Origin: an uncultured virus (IMG/VR IMGVR_UViG_2775507210_000003)
Lineage: Duplodnaviria; Heunggongvirae; Uroviricota; Caudoviricetes
Length of the DNA: 64,000 bases
Reading direction: 5' to 3' (one strand)
IMG/VR virus record: IMGVR_UViG_2775507210_000003
The notes under the pieces were generated by a model that searched no databases, had not been told where the DNA came from, and saw only the letters and a program-made list of their open reading frames with translations. The position numbers were made by a program, and so were the translations under genes. Each line of letters starts with the position of its first letter. Position 1 is the stretch's first letter. Below are positions 28,388-38,109 of the stretch, piece by piece.

Positions 28388-31009
28388 ATGGCGAACAAGA
28401 TCGCGTTAGGGCTGGTGATCGGCGGCGCCGTCAGTGCGACGGTGGGCGCCGCCTTCAGTACGGTCAAAGGCCATATCAAAAAACTGGAGCAGCAGGGCAA
28501 CAACGCCAAGGTGTTGAAGAACACCATCGGCGAAACCATGCGCTTACGTGATGAGTGGAAGAAAGCGCATGACAGCGGCTCGGCCTCGGCCAGTGGCCTG
28601 CTGCGCAAGCTGGAGTCCAATCTGGACAGCCTGCGCAAGCAGGGCGTGGAAGTCGGGCGACTGGCCAAGGAGTACCAAGCTCTCGGCCGGATAGCCAAGG
28701 GCGCTGATCTGCAGATGAAAGGCCATCAGCAGATCGAGCAGGGCAAGGCCAGCCTCAAGTCGGGGATTGGCCAGGCGGTAGCCGGTGTCGGTGCGGTGGC
28801 GGTACCGACCACGATCAGCGCGGGCTATCAGGCGATCATCCGCGACATTGCGATCAAGGCCGACGTGGCCAACAAGCCACAAGAACAGGAAATGACCCGC
28901 GCCATTATCCAGACCTCGCAGGATACGGGGATGGGGCGCAATGACGTGGCTGACCTGGTGAACCAACTGGTCGGCGCCGGTATGGAGCTGGACAAGGCGC
29001 TGGCCTATGCGCCGGTGGCGGCGAAGTTCGCCGTAGGCCAGGGGGCAAGCGGCGTCGATACAGCCAATATGATTCAGGCGCTGCAGCAGAACGCCAAGAT
29101 CAGCGACCCCAAGGTCATGGAGAAAGCCCTGGAGGGCATTGCGCTGCAGGGGCAGGCCGGTAGCTTTGAAGCTGCCGACATGGCCAAGTGGTTTCCGCAA
29201 CTGCTCGCTGGCATGGAGAAGCTGGGTATCAGTGGCCCGGACTCGGTTGCTCAACTGGGTTCGATGCTGCAGGTGCAGATGAAGACGGCCGGCAGTTCGG
29301 ATGAAGCGGCCAACAACCTCAAGAACTGGATGGAGAAAATCGGTTCGGGGGATGTGGTCAAGGCCTACAAGGATGCTGGCATTGACTACAACGGGTCGCT
29401 GAACACCGGCATACAGAACGGTATGTCGACGCTGGAGTCGAGCTTTGCCCTGGCGCAACGCTACGTCGAGGCGACCAATCCCGAGCAGGCCAAGAAGATG
29501 GCCGAGGAGACGGCCAAGATCAGCAAGGAGACTGATCCGGCCAAGGCCCAAGCCATGCTCGATGCGCTGGGCAAAGCGCTGCGTACTGGCGATATCTTCG
29601 CTGACATGCAGGTCAAGGCGGCGCTGACTGCCTACTCAGCCAACCGAGGCTTGTACGAGAAGCTGAAAAACGACGCCAAAGACGCCACCGGCATTCTCGA
29701 CAAGAACCTGGCCGAGCGCCGGGAAACCTCGGCGCAGATGTGGACGGAGATGGGGCATGCGGTGGACGACAGCATGCGTGCCATTGGCGATGCCATCCGC
29801 CCGGCAACGGACATGGCAGCGCAAGGCCTGACGTGGGTGGCCCGTTCGCTGACCCGCGTTACTGAATCGGCCTCGCCGCTGGTACTGGGGGTTACTGCAC
29901 TCGGCGCCGGTTTCATCGCCCTGAAGAACGCGATGGCCGTGCTCAAGATCGGCAAGGGCATGCTCAACGTCGCCCGTGGCTCGATGATGGGCGACCCCAA
30001 GGTCGTGCAGCGCGTGTTCGTCACCAACGCCCCGGCGTCTGGCGGGGGCGGCGGCGCGGGTGACCTTGGCGATGCGGATGGCAAGCGTGACAAGCGCAGC
30101 AAGGGCGGCAAGGGGCGCGCCGGTGGCGGTCTGAGCGTCGGCAGCGTGGTCAAAGGTGCAGCCGCCATCGCGGTTGTTGATGCGGGCATGAAGGCCGTCG
30201 ACACCTACCAGAACGCCGAAACCCGAGACGAGAAAGCCGAGGGTTATGGCGAGGCGGCAGGCGGTCTGGCAGGAACTCTGGCGGGTGCTGCTGCCGGTGC
30301 TGCGGTAGGCTCACTGGTGCCGGTTATCGGTACCGCCGTGGGCGGTGTGGTCGGCGGTATCCTGGGCTCAATGGGCGGGACGGACCTCGGCGGCTGGCTG
30401 GGTAAAAAGCTGTTCGGGGGCGAGGATGATCCGGCTGCTGAAGCACCTGCTGCGGTACCGATCTCGCTGCTCAAGCCGGTTCAGGTTGGTCCAGCCGTGC
30501 CAAGCCTTGGTGCGACGGCGCAAGCCTTTGCCCCGAAGGCCGGGCCGATTGCTGCTCATGCGGTTGGGCCCGTGTCGCAACCCGTCGTGGCCTCAACGCC
30601 GGTGTCCTATGACCCGCGCGACCCTGGCTCAAAAGATCCGTTCCTGCTGCCCGCGCTGACCAACAAGGTCAGGTATCCGGGCGCCGCACCGGTGCGGCCT
30701 GATTCGCTGCCACCGCCGCCAAACATGGGGGATGTGGTGCGCTCGATGGCGGTGGCCAAGCCTGCTGCCGAGGCGGTACCGGCGATCCTCAAGGCGCCGG
30801 AGGCGAGCAAGCCCGAGCCGAAGCCGGAGCCGCCCAAGATCGACCAGCAGTTCACGTTCTCCCCGGCGCTGTCTGTGACGGTTCAGGGCGATGTGAAAGA
30901 CCCGGCGCAATTGGCTCGGGATCTCTCGCCGCACCTGCAACGCATGTTCGATGACTTCAGTCGCCAGGCTGCAGCCCGTCAAATGTTTGATGCCCCGCAT
31001 GTGGGCTAA
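28388..31009 (+). CDS. Tail tape measure protein
   Basis: 873 aa, Ala/Gly-rich, GQAGSFE motif; position. Confidence 0.9.
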   Translation: MANKIALGLVIGGAVSATVGAAFSTVKGHIKKLEQQGNNAKVLKNTIGETMRLRDEWKKAHDSGSASASGLLRKLESNLDSLRKQGVEVGRLAKEYQALGRIAKGADLQMKGHQQIEQGKASLKSGIGQAVAGVGAVAVPTTISAGYQAIIRDIAIKADVANKPQEQEMTRAIIQTSQDTGMGRNDVADLVNQLVGAGMELDKALAYAPVAAKFAVGQGASGVDTANMIQALQQNAKISDPKVMEKALEGIALQGQAGSFEAADMAKWFPQLLAGMEKLGISGPDSVAQLGSMLQVQMKTAGSSDEAANNLKNWMEKIGSGDVVKAYKDAGIDYNGSLNTGIQNGMSTLESSFALAQRYVEATNPEQAKKMAEETAKISKETDPAKAQAMLDALGKALRTGDIFADMQVKAALTAYSANRGLYEKLKNDAKDATGILDKNLAERRETSAQMWTEMGHAVDDSMRAIGDAIRPATDMAAQGLTWVARSLTRVTESASPLVLGVTALGAGFIALKNAMAVLKIGKGMLNVARGSMMGDPKVVQRVFVTNAPASGGGGGAGDLGDADGKRDKRSKGGKGRAGGGLSVGSVVKGAAAIAVVDAGMKAVDTYQNAETRDEKAEGYGEAAGGLAGTLAGAAAGAAVGSLVPVIGTAVGGVVGGILGSMGGTDLGGWLGKKLFGGEDDPAAEAPAAVPISLLKPVQVGPAVPSLGATAQAFAPKAGPIAAHAVGPVSQPVVASTPVSYDPRDPGSKDPFLLPALTNKVRYPGAAPVRPDSLPPPPNMGDVVRSMAVAKPAAEAVPAILKAPEASKPEPKPEPPKIDQQFTFSPALSVTVQGDVKDPAQLARDLSPHLQRMFDDFSRQAAARQMFDAPHVG

Positions 31010-31018
31010 GGAGGTGTT

Positions 31019-31864
31019 ATGGCCTATGCCGAGCAGATGCAGTCGGCGCTGAAGTCCCTGGTGGCAGCGGGTGAAGCAGGGCGTCGCAATATGGACGACA
31101 TGCTGGGCCCCATGAACGGTGCCATCAGCGACATGACCGGCGCGGCCTCGGAGCTGGAGAACGTGCCGTTCGTGGGGCCAGCTCTGGGTGAGAAGCTGCA
31201 GCGGACCATGCGCGGTATCAACGCCGCGCAAGCCAAGGTCGGTCAGGTGGTGGCCACCTACTCGCGGGCTACCACTGCCATGTCGCAAATTCAGGAGCGT
31301 ATGGGGGCAATGAAGGAGCAGGCGGCCCGAGCGGGCGCTGCGATCAACCGCATCGCTGGCAAGGTCAGTCCGTCCCTGGCCAACATCCTGCCGACCGGCA
31401 GCTTTGCCACCGAGATGACACCAGCCGCCGAGGCGGTGAAGCCGTTCCCGCACCTGCTGATCATTCAGCCGCTCAAGCCCGAGGCGCAGCCGTACTACTT
31501 CAACCTGGACACGGCGGCCTTTGATGAGCTGCGCCGGCAGACCGCGTTCCGCTGGGCGGGTCAGGAGCGCCTGACGCGCAGTATCGCCCAGCAGGCGGTG
31601 GGGCAGGGCGAGGACAAGCTGAGCCTCAAGGGCGCGATCTACCCGCTGTTCAAGGGCGGGATCAGGCAACTGGACACGCTGCGCAGCATTGGTCGACAAC
31701 TGCAGCCACTGACCCTGACCACGGGTTACGGCGAGGTGCTGGGTAACTGGTGCCTGCTCAGTGTCGCCGAAGACCAGAGCGCACTGCTCGCGGGTGGCAT
31801 CCCGCGTAAACAAGGGTTCTCTCTGGAGTTTGTAGCCTATGGCGACGATATGCAGAACGTCTGA
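31019..31864 (+). CDS. Tail protein (P2 gpU-like C-terminal domain)
   Basis: LRRQ..FRW..QER...LTTGYG..LG.W. Confidence 0.8.
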   Translation: MAYAEQMQSALKSLVAAGEAGRRNMDDMLGPMNGAISDMTGAASELENVPFVGPALGEKLQRTMRGINAAQAKVGQVVATYSRATTAMSQIQERMGAMKEQAARAGAAINRIAGKVSPSLANILPTGSFATEMTPAAEAVKPFPHLLIIQPLKPEAQPYYFNLDTAAFDELRRQTAFRWAGQERLTRSIAQQAVGQGEDKLSLKGAIYPLFKGGIRQLDTLRSIGRQLQPLTLTTGYGEVLGNWCLLSVAEDQSALLAGGIPRKQGFSLEFVAYGDDMQNV

Positions 31865-32045
31865 CGGGGATCTGCTCGACACCCTGTGCCAGAACTATTA
31901 CGGGCACCTCAACGGCTCTGTCGAGGCGGTGCTCGATGCCAACCAAGGTCTGGCGGATGAGCCCCAACCGTTTCGGGCTGGGGTGCTGATCCGCCTGCCT
32001 GAGCTGCAGGCGGTGACCGAGGAAGTCATTCAGCTGTGGGATTAG
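31839..32045 (+). CDS. Tail protein X
   Basis: GDLLD.LC..YYG...VLDAN.GL...LW. Confidence 0.88.
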   Translation: MATICRTSDGDLLDTLCQNYYGHLNGSVEAVLDANQGLADEPQPFRAGVLIRLPELQAVTEEVIQLWD

Positions 32046-32109
32046 CCACGGCGTTACGCGTCACGGAGCCCCGCCCAGTGCGGGGTTCTTCATTTCTGGA
32101 GCCTGAACA

Positions 32110-33156
32110 ATGCAACCTGTTTTCCGCATCGTCGCTGACAGCAAGGACATTACCTCGCTGATCAACGACCGGCTGTTGCTGCTGCGCACCTCGGACAAGC
32201 CCGGTATGGAGTCGGACGAGTTTGAGCTGCGTATCGATGACCGCGATGGTGCTGTAGCGCTTCCCAAGCGCGGCGCGAACATTGAGGTTTACATGGGCTA
32301 TGCCGGTCAGTCGCTTGCGCGCCTGGGGCGGTACACCGTCGATGAGGTCGAGGTTTCAGGCCCGCCTGACAGCATCGTCATACGCGGCAAGGCCGGTGAC
32401 ATGCGCGGCAGCGGCAAGACCACGCGCAGCGGTAGCTGGGAAGGCGTACCGCTGCAGCAGATCGTGCGGGACATTGCAGCGCGCAATGGCTGGCAGCCGG
32501 TGTGTTCAGTGCAAACCAAAGTCCCCCGCGTCGACCAGCTCAATGAGTCGGACTTTAACTTTATCACCCGACTGGCTAGGCAATACGACTGCACGGCCAA
32601 GGTCGCTGACGGCAAGTTGATGGTGATGCCGCGACAGGGCGGCCAGAGTGCGAGCGGCAAGACGCTGGGTGTCGTCGTGATCAAGCGCAGCGACGTCAGC
32701 CGTTGGCAATTCCGCTTCAGCGACAAGACCACGCACAAGGCCGTGCAGACCAAGCATCAGGACAAGAAAAGCGGAAAGCTGCAGGTGGTCGACCTGGGCA
32801 ATGATGAATCGCCCGCCGGCTTGCCGCCCGTGCATACCGATCGGCATATCTACCCGAACAAGTCCGCCGCCGAGCAGGCCGCCAAGGCGCGCCTGGCCGC
32901 GTTCAACCGCAGCACGGCAGGTGTGCGCCTGGAGATGGCGGGGCGTGTCGATCTGTTCGCTGAACGGATGATCAGCGCCCAGGAGTTTAAAGCCGGGCTT
33001 GATGGTGAGTACCTGGTCGATTCGGTCGAGCAGGTGTTTACCCAGTCCGGTTGGTCCACCACCGTCGAATGCAACGGCGGCAAACAGGGCAAGGCCAAGG
33101 CGAAGGGCAGGAAGAAAAAGAAAGCGACCAAGCCGCTCAAGGTTGTGCAGCTCTAA
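32110..33156 (+). CDS. Late control/baseplate hub protein D
   Basis: DEVEVSGPP, DQLNESD.NF.TRLA. Confidence 0.88.
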   Translation: MQPVFRIVADSKDITSLINDRLLLLRTSDKPGMESDEFELRIDDRDGAVALPKRGANIEVYMGYAGQSLARLGRYTVDEVEVSGPPDSIVIRGKAGDMRGSGKTTRSGSWEGVPLQQIVRDIAARNGWQPVCSVQTKVPRVDQLNESDFNFITRLARQYDCTAKVADGKLMVMPRQGGQSASGKTLGVVVIKRSDVSRWQFRFSDKTTHKAVQTKHQDKKSGKLQVVDLGNDESPAGLPPVHTDRHIYPNKSAAEQAAKARLAAFNRSTAGVRLEMAGRVDLFAERMISAQEFKAGLDGEYLVDSVEQVFTQSGWSTTVECNGGKQGKAKAKGRKKKKATKPLKVVQL

Positions 33157-33197
33157 CCCCTATCGGCCGCAGCGCGGCCATCATTGGAGAACACCGT

Positions 33198-33749
33198 ATG
33201 CCTATCACTGCGCAGCAGCTGCTGCAGATCCTCCCCAACGCCGGTGCAAAAGCCGGCGTTTTTGTTCCTGCTCTCAACGCCGCCATGGGCAAGTACGGCA
33301 TCGTCACCCGGCTACGGATCGCGGCCTTCGTGGCCCAGATCGGTCATGAATCCGGGCAACTGCGCTATGTGCGCGAACTCGGTGGCGACAGCTACCTGGC
33401 CAAGTACGACACCGGCAAGCTGGCCAAGGCCTTGGGAAACACACCTGCGCCTGACGGTGACGGTCAAAAGTACCGGGGCAGGGGGCTGATTCAGATCACA
33501 GGGCATGACAACTATGAAGCCTGCAGCGAGGCGTTGTTTGGCGATAGTCGTTTGCTCAATACGCCGGAGCTGCTGGAGCACCCGGTTTACGCGGCTTTGT
33601 CGGCTGGCTGGTTCTGGCATCGAGCAGGCCTGAACACCTTGGCTGACAAGGGCGATTTTCTGCTGATCACCAAACGCATCAATGGCGGTACCAATGGCCT
33701 GGCTGAACGCGAAGCCTTGTACGCCACTGCGCTAAAGGTGCTGCCATGA
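33198..33749 (+). CDS. Endolysin, glycoside hydrolase family 19
   Basis: AQIGHES, YRGRGLIQITG..NY, INGGTNG. Confidence 0.92.
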   Translation: MPITAQQLLQILPNAGAKAGVFVPALNAAMGKYGIVTRLRIAAFVAQIGHESGQLRYVRELGGDSYLAKYDTGKLAKALGNTPAPDGDGQKYRGRGLIQITGHDNYEACSEALFGDSRLLNTPELLEHPVYAALSAGWFWHRAGLNTLADKGDFLLITKRINGGTNGLAEREALYATALKVLP

Positions 33750-34273
33750 AGTCGCTGGGCCTGTGTGTTGTGCTGCCCATCGTTCTGCTGGCCCTGTTGC
33801 TGGGGCTTGCGCTGGGTGGTTTAGCTGCATGGAAGTGGCAGGCCAATAGCTACGACAAGCAGCTGGCCAAGCAGGACGAAGACTTCCAACGAGAGCGCAA
33901 CGAAGCCTCTTTGGCCGTGCTCGACTGGCAGCGGGACGAACAGACAAAGCGCCGAGCGCTTGAAGACCGCCTGCAGGCGAATGACGAAACTCACTACAAG
34001 GAACTGCTCGATGCGCAACAACTTCAGGCTCGCTTGCGTGACCGCCTTGCTACTGCTGATTTGCGGCTGTCAGTCTTACTCGCCGCCCCCGCCACGGGTG
34101 GTAGCAGTGGGGTGCGAGAAGCCTCCGGTTCCAGCGGCGTGGTTCATGGAGGCACGCGAGCCGAACTTGACCCAGCGCATGCTCAACGAATTCTCGCCAT
34201 TACAGGCGACGGTGACGACGGATTAATCGCCCTACAGGCCTGTCAGGCCTACGTGCGCGAGCTCGTACATTGA
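33746..34273 (+). CDS. Rz-like i-spanin
   Basis: N-terminal TM, coiled coil, LQACQAY C-terminus. Confidence 0.85.
   Translation: MKSLGLCVVLPIVLLALLLGLALGGLAAWKWQANSYDKQLAKQDEDFQRERNEASLAVLDWQRDEQTKRRALEDRLQANDETHYKELLDAQQLQARLRDRLATADLRLSVLLAAPATGGSSGVREASGSSGVVHGGTRAELDPAHAQRILAITGDGDDGLIALQACQAYVRELVH
34011..34226 (+). CDS. Rz1-like o-spanin lipoprotein embedded in Rz (+1 frame)
   Basis: MRNNFRLACVTALLLLICG-C lipobox, Pro-rich mature part. Confidence 0.8.
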   Translation: MRNNFRLACVTALLLLICGCQSYSPPPPRVVAVGCEKPPVPAAWFMEAREPNLTQRMLNEFSPLQATVTTD

Positions 34274-34394
34274 AATGAAAGGAGCGAGCCGAGTGGATGC
34301 GTCAACATCCGCTCAGCCCGCCGAACCCGCAGACCCTTCCTGCAAGTCCAGCCCAGGCTCCTGCTCCGTGCACAAAGCGCCGCGAGCCTAACAC

Positions 34395-34410
34395 CTGTTT
34401 ATCCATACAG
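34395..34410. promoter_or_regulatory. LexA (SOS) box
   Basis: CTGT-TTATCCAT-ACAG, 17 bp upstream of the MTase start. Confidence 0.75.
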
Positions 34411-34427
34411 TAAAGACTTGCTCTCAA

Positions 34428-35222
34428 ATGACGACTCCAATCATTCCCTGGATGGGTGGCAAACGCCGCCTGGCCGACCGCTTGATCCCTCTCTTTCCCC
34501 CTCATGAATGCTACGTCGAGGTCTTTGCCGGTGGTGCTGCGCTGTTCTTCATGCGCCCGCAGCCCGCGCCGGTGGAGGTACTCAACGATCTCAACGGTGA
34601 TCTGGTCACCCTCTACCGGGTGGTGCAGAACCATCTGGAGGAATTCGTCCGCCAGTTCAAATGGGCCCTCAGCTCGCGCCAAATTTTCGAGTGGCAGAAG
34701 ATGACCCGGCCAGAGACGCTGACGGACATCCAGCGTGCCGCCCGGTTCTTTTACCTGCAGCAGCACGCTTTCGGCGGCAAGGTGACAGGGCAAACTTTCG
34801 GTACCGCGACCACCGGCCCTGCCATCAACCTGCTGCGCATCGAGGAAAACCTCTCCGCCGCCTGGCAGCGCCTCGCCGGTACCTACGTCGAGAACCTGCC
34901 CTGGTTGGAATGCGCCGAGCGCTACGACCGGGCACACACGTTCCATTACATGGACCCACCGTACTGGCAGACTGCTGGATATGGCCTCGACTTTCCCTTT
35001 GAACACTACGAGCGCATGGCCGAGTTCATGCGGCGCTGCAAGGGCAAGGTGATGGTGAGCATCAACGACCACCCTGACATCCGGCGTGTTTTCGAGGGCT
35101 TCCATTTCGAGACTTTGGATATCCGCTATACCACCGCGAACCAGCGGCAGGGTAAGGCCGAGATAACCGGTGAGCTGGTGATCATGAACTGGGCGCCGGC
35201 TGAGCTGGGAGGGCTGTTTTGA
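34428..35222 (+). CDS. DNA adenine methyltransferase (Dam/D12 class)
   Basis: WMGGK, YVEVFAGG, EVLNDLN, DPPY. Confidence 0.92.
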   Translation: MTTPIIPWMGGKRRLADRLIPLFPPHECYVEVFAGGAALFFMRPQPAPVEVLNDLNGDLVTLYRVVQNHLEEFVRQFKWALSSRQIFEWQKMTRPETLTDIQRAARFFYLQQHAFGGKVTGQTFGTATTGPAINLLRIEENLSAAWQRLAGTYVENLPWLECAERYDRAHTFHYMDPPYWQTAGYGLDFPFEHYERMAEFMRRCKGKVMVSINDHPDIRRVFEGFHFETLDIRYTTANQRQGKAEITGELVIMNWAPAELGGLF

Positions 35223-35274
35223 TGCTCTCGACTTATGACCTGGTGTTCTGGCTGCTCGACGCCTGGCGAGCGTT

Positions 35275-35967
35275 TCACGACATAGGGAGCACCACGCTCG
35301 GCCCTTGATTGCGCACATTGCCTATGGCTGGATCCACGCGGTACCACTCGAACACGTCAGGGGATTCGCCGAAGTTCAGGGCCATCTGTTCGGCCTGCTC
35401 CTTGGGTGTTGCTGGATTCAGCCACTCACGGGCCAGTTCGGGGGCTAACACAACCGGGCGCCTGTCGTGTACATCGACCATCCCGCCAGCCGCGTCGGCG
35501 GTGATGATCACGAAACCGTCGTGATTATTGGGTTCAGAGTTGGCCAGGCCTAGGTCCGTACTGAACTGGCCGATTGCGGCGCATAGTGCTGGGCGCCCAT
35601 CGCGGCGCCTGATCAGGTACGGCTGCTTTTTCGGCCCACCTTCATCGACCCACTCAAACCAGTTGTCTATTGGAGCGATGGCCCTGTGCGGCCAGATCGC
35701 CCGAAAGAACGGGCTGTGCGCAACCTTCTCCACTCGGGCATTGATTGGTGCTGCTCGATCTTTGGCCCAGTGCGGCCGCCATCCCCAGCGCACGAGATCC
35801 GCGTGCATCTTCTCTTCTTCCAGTCGCAGCAGGGCTACCCGCGTCGTTGGCACGACGTTGTAGCGTTCCAGCGGCTGGTCCCCAATGCTGTTCACTAGAG
35901 GGTAGGGCATGCTCAGGGCGTCCACGAAGTCGTGGATACCGTGGTACTGGCTCAACCTTCCGCACAT
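35275..35967 (-). CDS. SOS response-associated peptidase (SRAP/YedK/HMCES)
   Basis: MCGR N-terminus, INARVE, FEW, HDRRP. Confidence 0.92.
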   Translation of the reverse strand: MCGRLSQYHGIHDFVDALSMPYPLVNSIGDQPLERYNVVPTTRVALLRLEEEKMHADLVRWGWRPHWAKDRAAPINARVEKVAHSPFFRAIWPHRAIAPIDNWFEWVDEGGPKKQPYLIRRRDGRPALCAAIGQFSTDLGLANSEPNNHDGFVIITADAAGGMVDVHDRRPVVLAPELAREWLNPATPKEQAEQMALNFGESPDVFEWYRVDPAIGNVRNQGPSVVLPMS

Positions 35968-36031
35968 TTTGACTCCCGCCTATCAGAAATCTCCCACATA
36001 AAAATTGACCGCAAGGCTCGTAAAACGTTAA

Positions 36032-36047
36032 CTGTATATTTGTACAG
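36032..36047. promoter_or_regulatory. LexA (SOS) box between SRAP and umuD
   Basis: CTGT-ATATTTGT-ACAG. Confidence 0.88.
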
Positions 36048-36068
36048 TATTTTTTGGAGTCGTGCGTC

Positions 36069-36494
36069 ATGAGCTATTCCATCATAGGCCCAATCGCCGA
36101 GGGCGGTCTGAAGCTGCCCCTGTGCCTGTTCCAAGTGCCAGCTGGGTTCCCTTCGCCAGCGGCTGATCACATCGAGGCGCACATCTCCCTAGATGAAGTG
36201 CTCAACATCCGGGCACCTCATGTGTACCTGGTATCCATCACAGGTGAGAGCATGCAGGGCGCTGGGATCTTTGATGGAGACCTTGCGGTGGTCGACCGCT
36301 CGCTTGAGCCTGCGCACGGGAATATTGTTGTTGCGTTGCTGAACAACGACCCGGTGTGCAAGCGGCTGTGCATCCGAGGCAAGGACGTGATCCTGCTGTC
36401 CGAAAATCCTAAATACCCGCCGCGCTACGTTCTAGAAGGGGACGAGCTGTCGATCTGGGGCGTGATCACCGGCAGTGTACGCAGCCATGTCTAA
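36069..36494 (+). CDS. umuD: DNA polymerase V subunit UmuD/RulA
   Basis: VPAGFPSPAAD, GESM, CKRL. Confidence 0.92.
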   Translation: MSYSIIGPIAEGGLKLPLCLFQVPAGFPSPAADHIEAHISLDEVLNIRAPHVYLVSITGESMQGAGIFDGDLAVVDRSLEPAHGNIVVALLNNDPVCKRLCIRGKDVILLSENPKYPPRYVLEGDELSIWGVITGSVRSHV

Positions 36495-37761
36495 AGCGCC
36501 TGTGTTTGCATTGATTGATTGCAACTCGTTCTACGCATCGTGCGAGAGGGTGTTTCGACCGGACCTGGCCAAGGTGCCGATTGTCGTGCTGAGCAATAAC
36601 GACGGCTGTGTCATTGCACGCAGCTACGACGCGAAGCCCTTCGTGAAGATGGGGGAGCCGTACTTCCAGATCAAACACAAGCTCAAGCAGCATGGCATCG
36701 TGGCGTTCTCCTCGAACTACGCCCTGTACGGCGATATGAGCGAGCGGGTCATGACCCTGATCGAATCTATGGTCCCGGCGGTCGAGGTCTACAGTATCGA
36801 CGAAGCGTTCGCCGATCTGACCGGCATGATTGGTCTGGACGAATTGGGGCGGCGGATCCGCAGCCAGGTGCTTCGTTGCACTGGTATTCCTGTCGGCGTC
36901 GGTATTGCTGGCACCAAGACCCTGGCCAAGCTGGCGAACCATACGGCCAAGCGCCTGCAGGCGCAGACCGGTGGTGTGGTCAACATTTGCGACGCGTTCA
37001 AACGCGACTGGGTGCTACGTAACACGGCTGTATCCGAAGTGTGGGGTGTAGGCCGTCGCTTGAGCGCCCACTTTGAAGGCATGGGCATCAAGACAGCAAT
37101 GGACCTGGCCAAGGCTGACCCGTGGATGCTGCGCAAAAAATTCAGCGTGGTAGTCGAGATGACCGCTCGCGAGCTGGCCGGTACTCCTTGCCTGGAGCTC
37201 GATGAGCCCGATCCGCCAAAGCAGGAGATCTGCTGCAGCCGAATGTTCGGCAAGCGCCTGCAGGCATTGGCGCCAATCAAAGAGGCGGTGGCCACCTACA
37301 TGATGCGCGCCTCGGAAAAGCTGCGGGCGCAAGGCTCTGTATGCAAGAAGATCAGGGTGAGCATTCGCACTGGCATGTTCAGCCCTGATGAGGCCAAGTA
37401 CGCCAATGGGGTGCTCGTCGAGTTGCCGTACCCGACTGACGATGTACGGTTACTGACGAAGGCTGCGGTTGATTCGCTTGAGCGCGTGTTCCGTCCTGGC
37501 TTCAATTACAGCAAAGCTGAAGTCCTGCTGATGAACCTCAGTCAGCGTGGCCAATATACAGACGACCTGTTCGCTGCGGCTCAGCCCACTGAAGCCAGTC
37601 GGGTGATGGCGGTGCTTGACCAGATCAATGAACGATGGGGTAGGGGAACGCTTCGATCCGCTAGCGTGCCGGTGGATCCTGGCTGGGGGATGCGTCGAGA
37701 GATGATGAGTCGGAGTTATACAACACGGCTGGATGAACTTTGGAAGGTTAGTTGTAATTAA
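36487..37761 (+). CDS. umuC: DNA polymerase V subunit UmuC/RulB
   Basis: DCNSFYASCE, VLSNNDGC, YSIDE, W.MRR...S..YTT. Confidence 0.95.
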   Translation: MSKAPVFALIDCNSFYASCERVFRPDLAKVPIVVLSNNDGCVIARSYDAKPFVKMGEPYFQIKHKLKQHGIVAFSSNYALYGDMSERVMTLIESMVPAVEVYSIDEAFADLTGMIGLDELGRRIRSQVLRCTGIPVGVGIAGTKTLAKLANHTAKRLQAQTGGVVNICDAFKRDWVLRNTAVSEVWGVGRRLSAHFEGMGIKTAMDLAKADPWMLRKKFSVVVEMTARELAGTPCLELDEPDPPKQEICCSRMFGKRLQALAPIKEAVATYMMRASEKLRAQGSVCKKIRVSIRTGMFSPDEAKYANGVLVELPYPTDDVRLLTKAAVDSLERVFRPGFNYSKAEVLLMNLSQRGQYTDDLFAAAQPTEASRVMAVLDQINERWGRGTLRSASVPVDPGWGMRREMMSRSYTTRLDELWKVSCN

Positions 37762-38109
37762 TTCATGTGTGAGGCGTTTTTATTTGTCGTGCGTTAATAA
37801 TCTTGGAGTGGTTGATATGTGATGGCTTTGTATTTTGTAAGTTTGCTTGTGCGTCGAAAGTGCTAGCGGTTTCTGTGCTGATCAATTTTCTTTGGGCGCC
37901 AGTTGTGGATAATATTCAAAATGCTGGTCTGGTAAAGTTGCTGGGTTTATAAGTTGATATTCTTCATTGCTTGCTGCGTTAAAGGCTGGGTTTTGAGTGT
38001 GCGCTTGTTTTTGGTGTTATAATGTGCCGCTGTGGTGCGTTTTGGTATCACTTCATACTGCTCCAGTTTATCCCAGCGTAAGCCCCGGCCTACGCTGGAG
38101 TTTTAGGAG

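Noticed and set aside
18671..32100. Recurrent GC hairpin plus CTGGAG before late genes (about 18671, 21750, 26203, 32068)
   Set aside because: Ordinary terminator-plus-RBS punctuation of phage late operons.
37762..38109. T/G-skewed AT-rich intergenic stretch
   Set aside because: No ORF of 60 aa or more, no repeat unit and no convincing structure seen.
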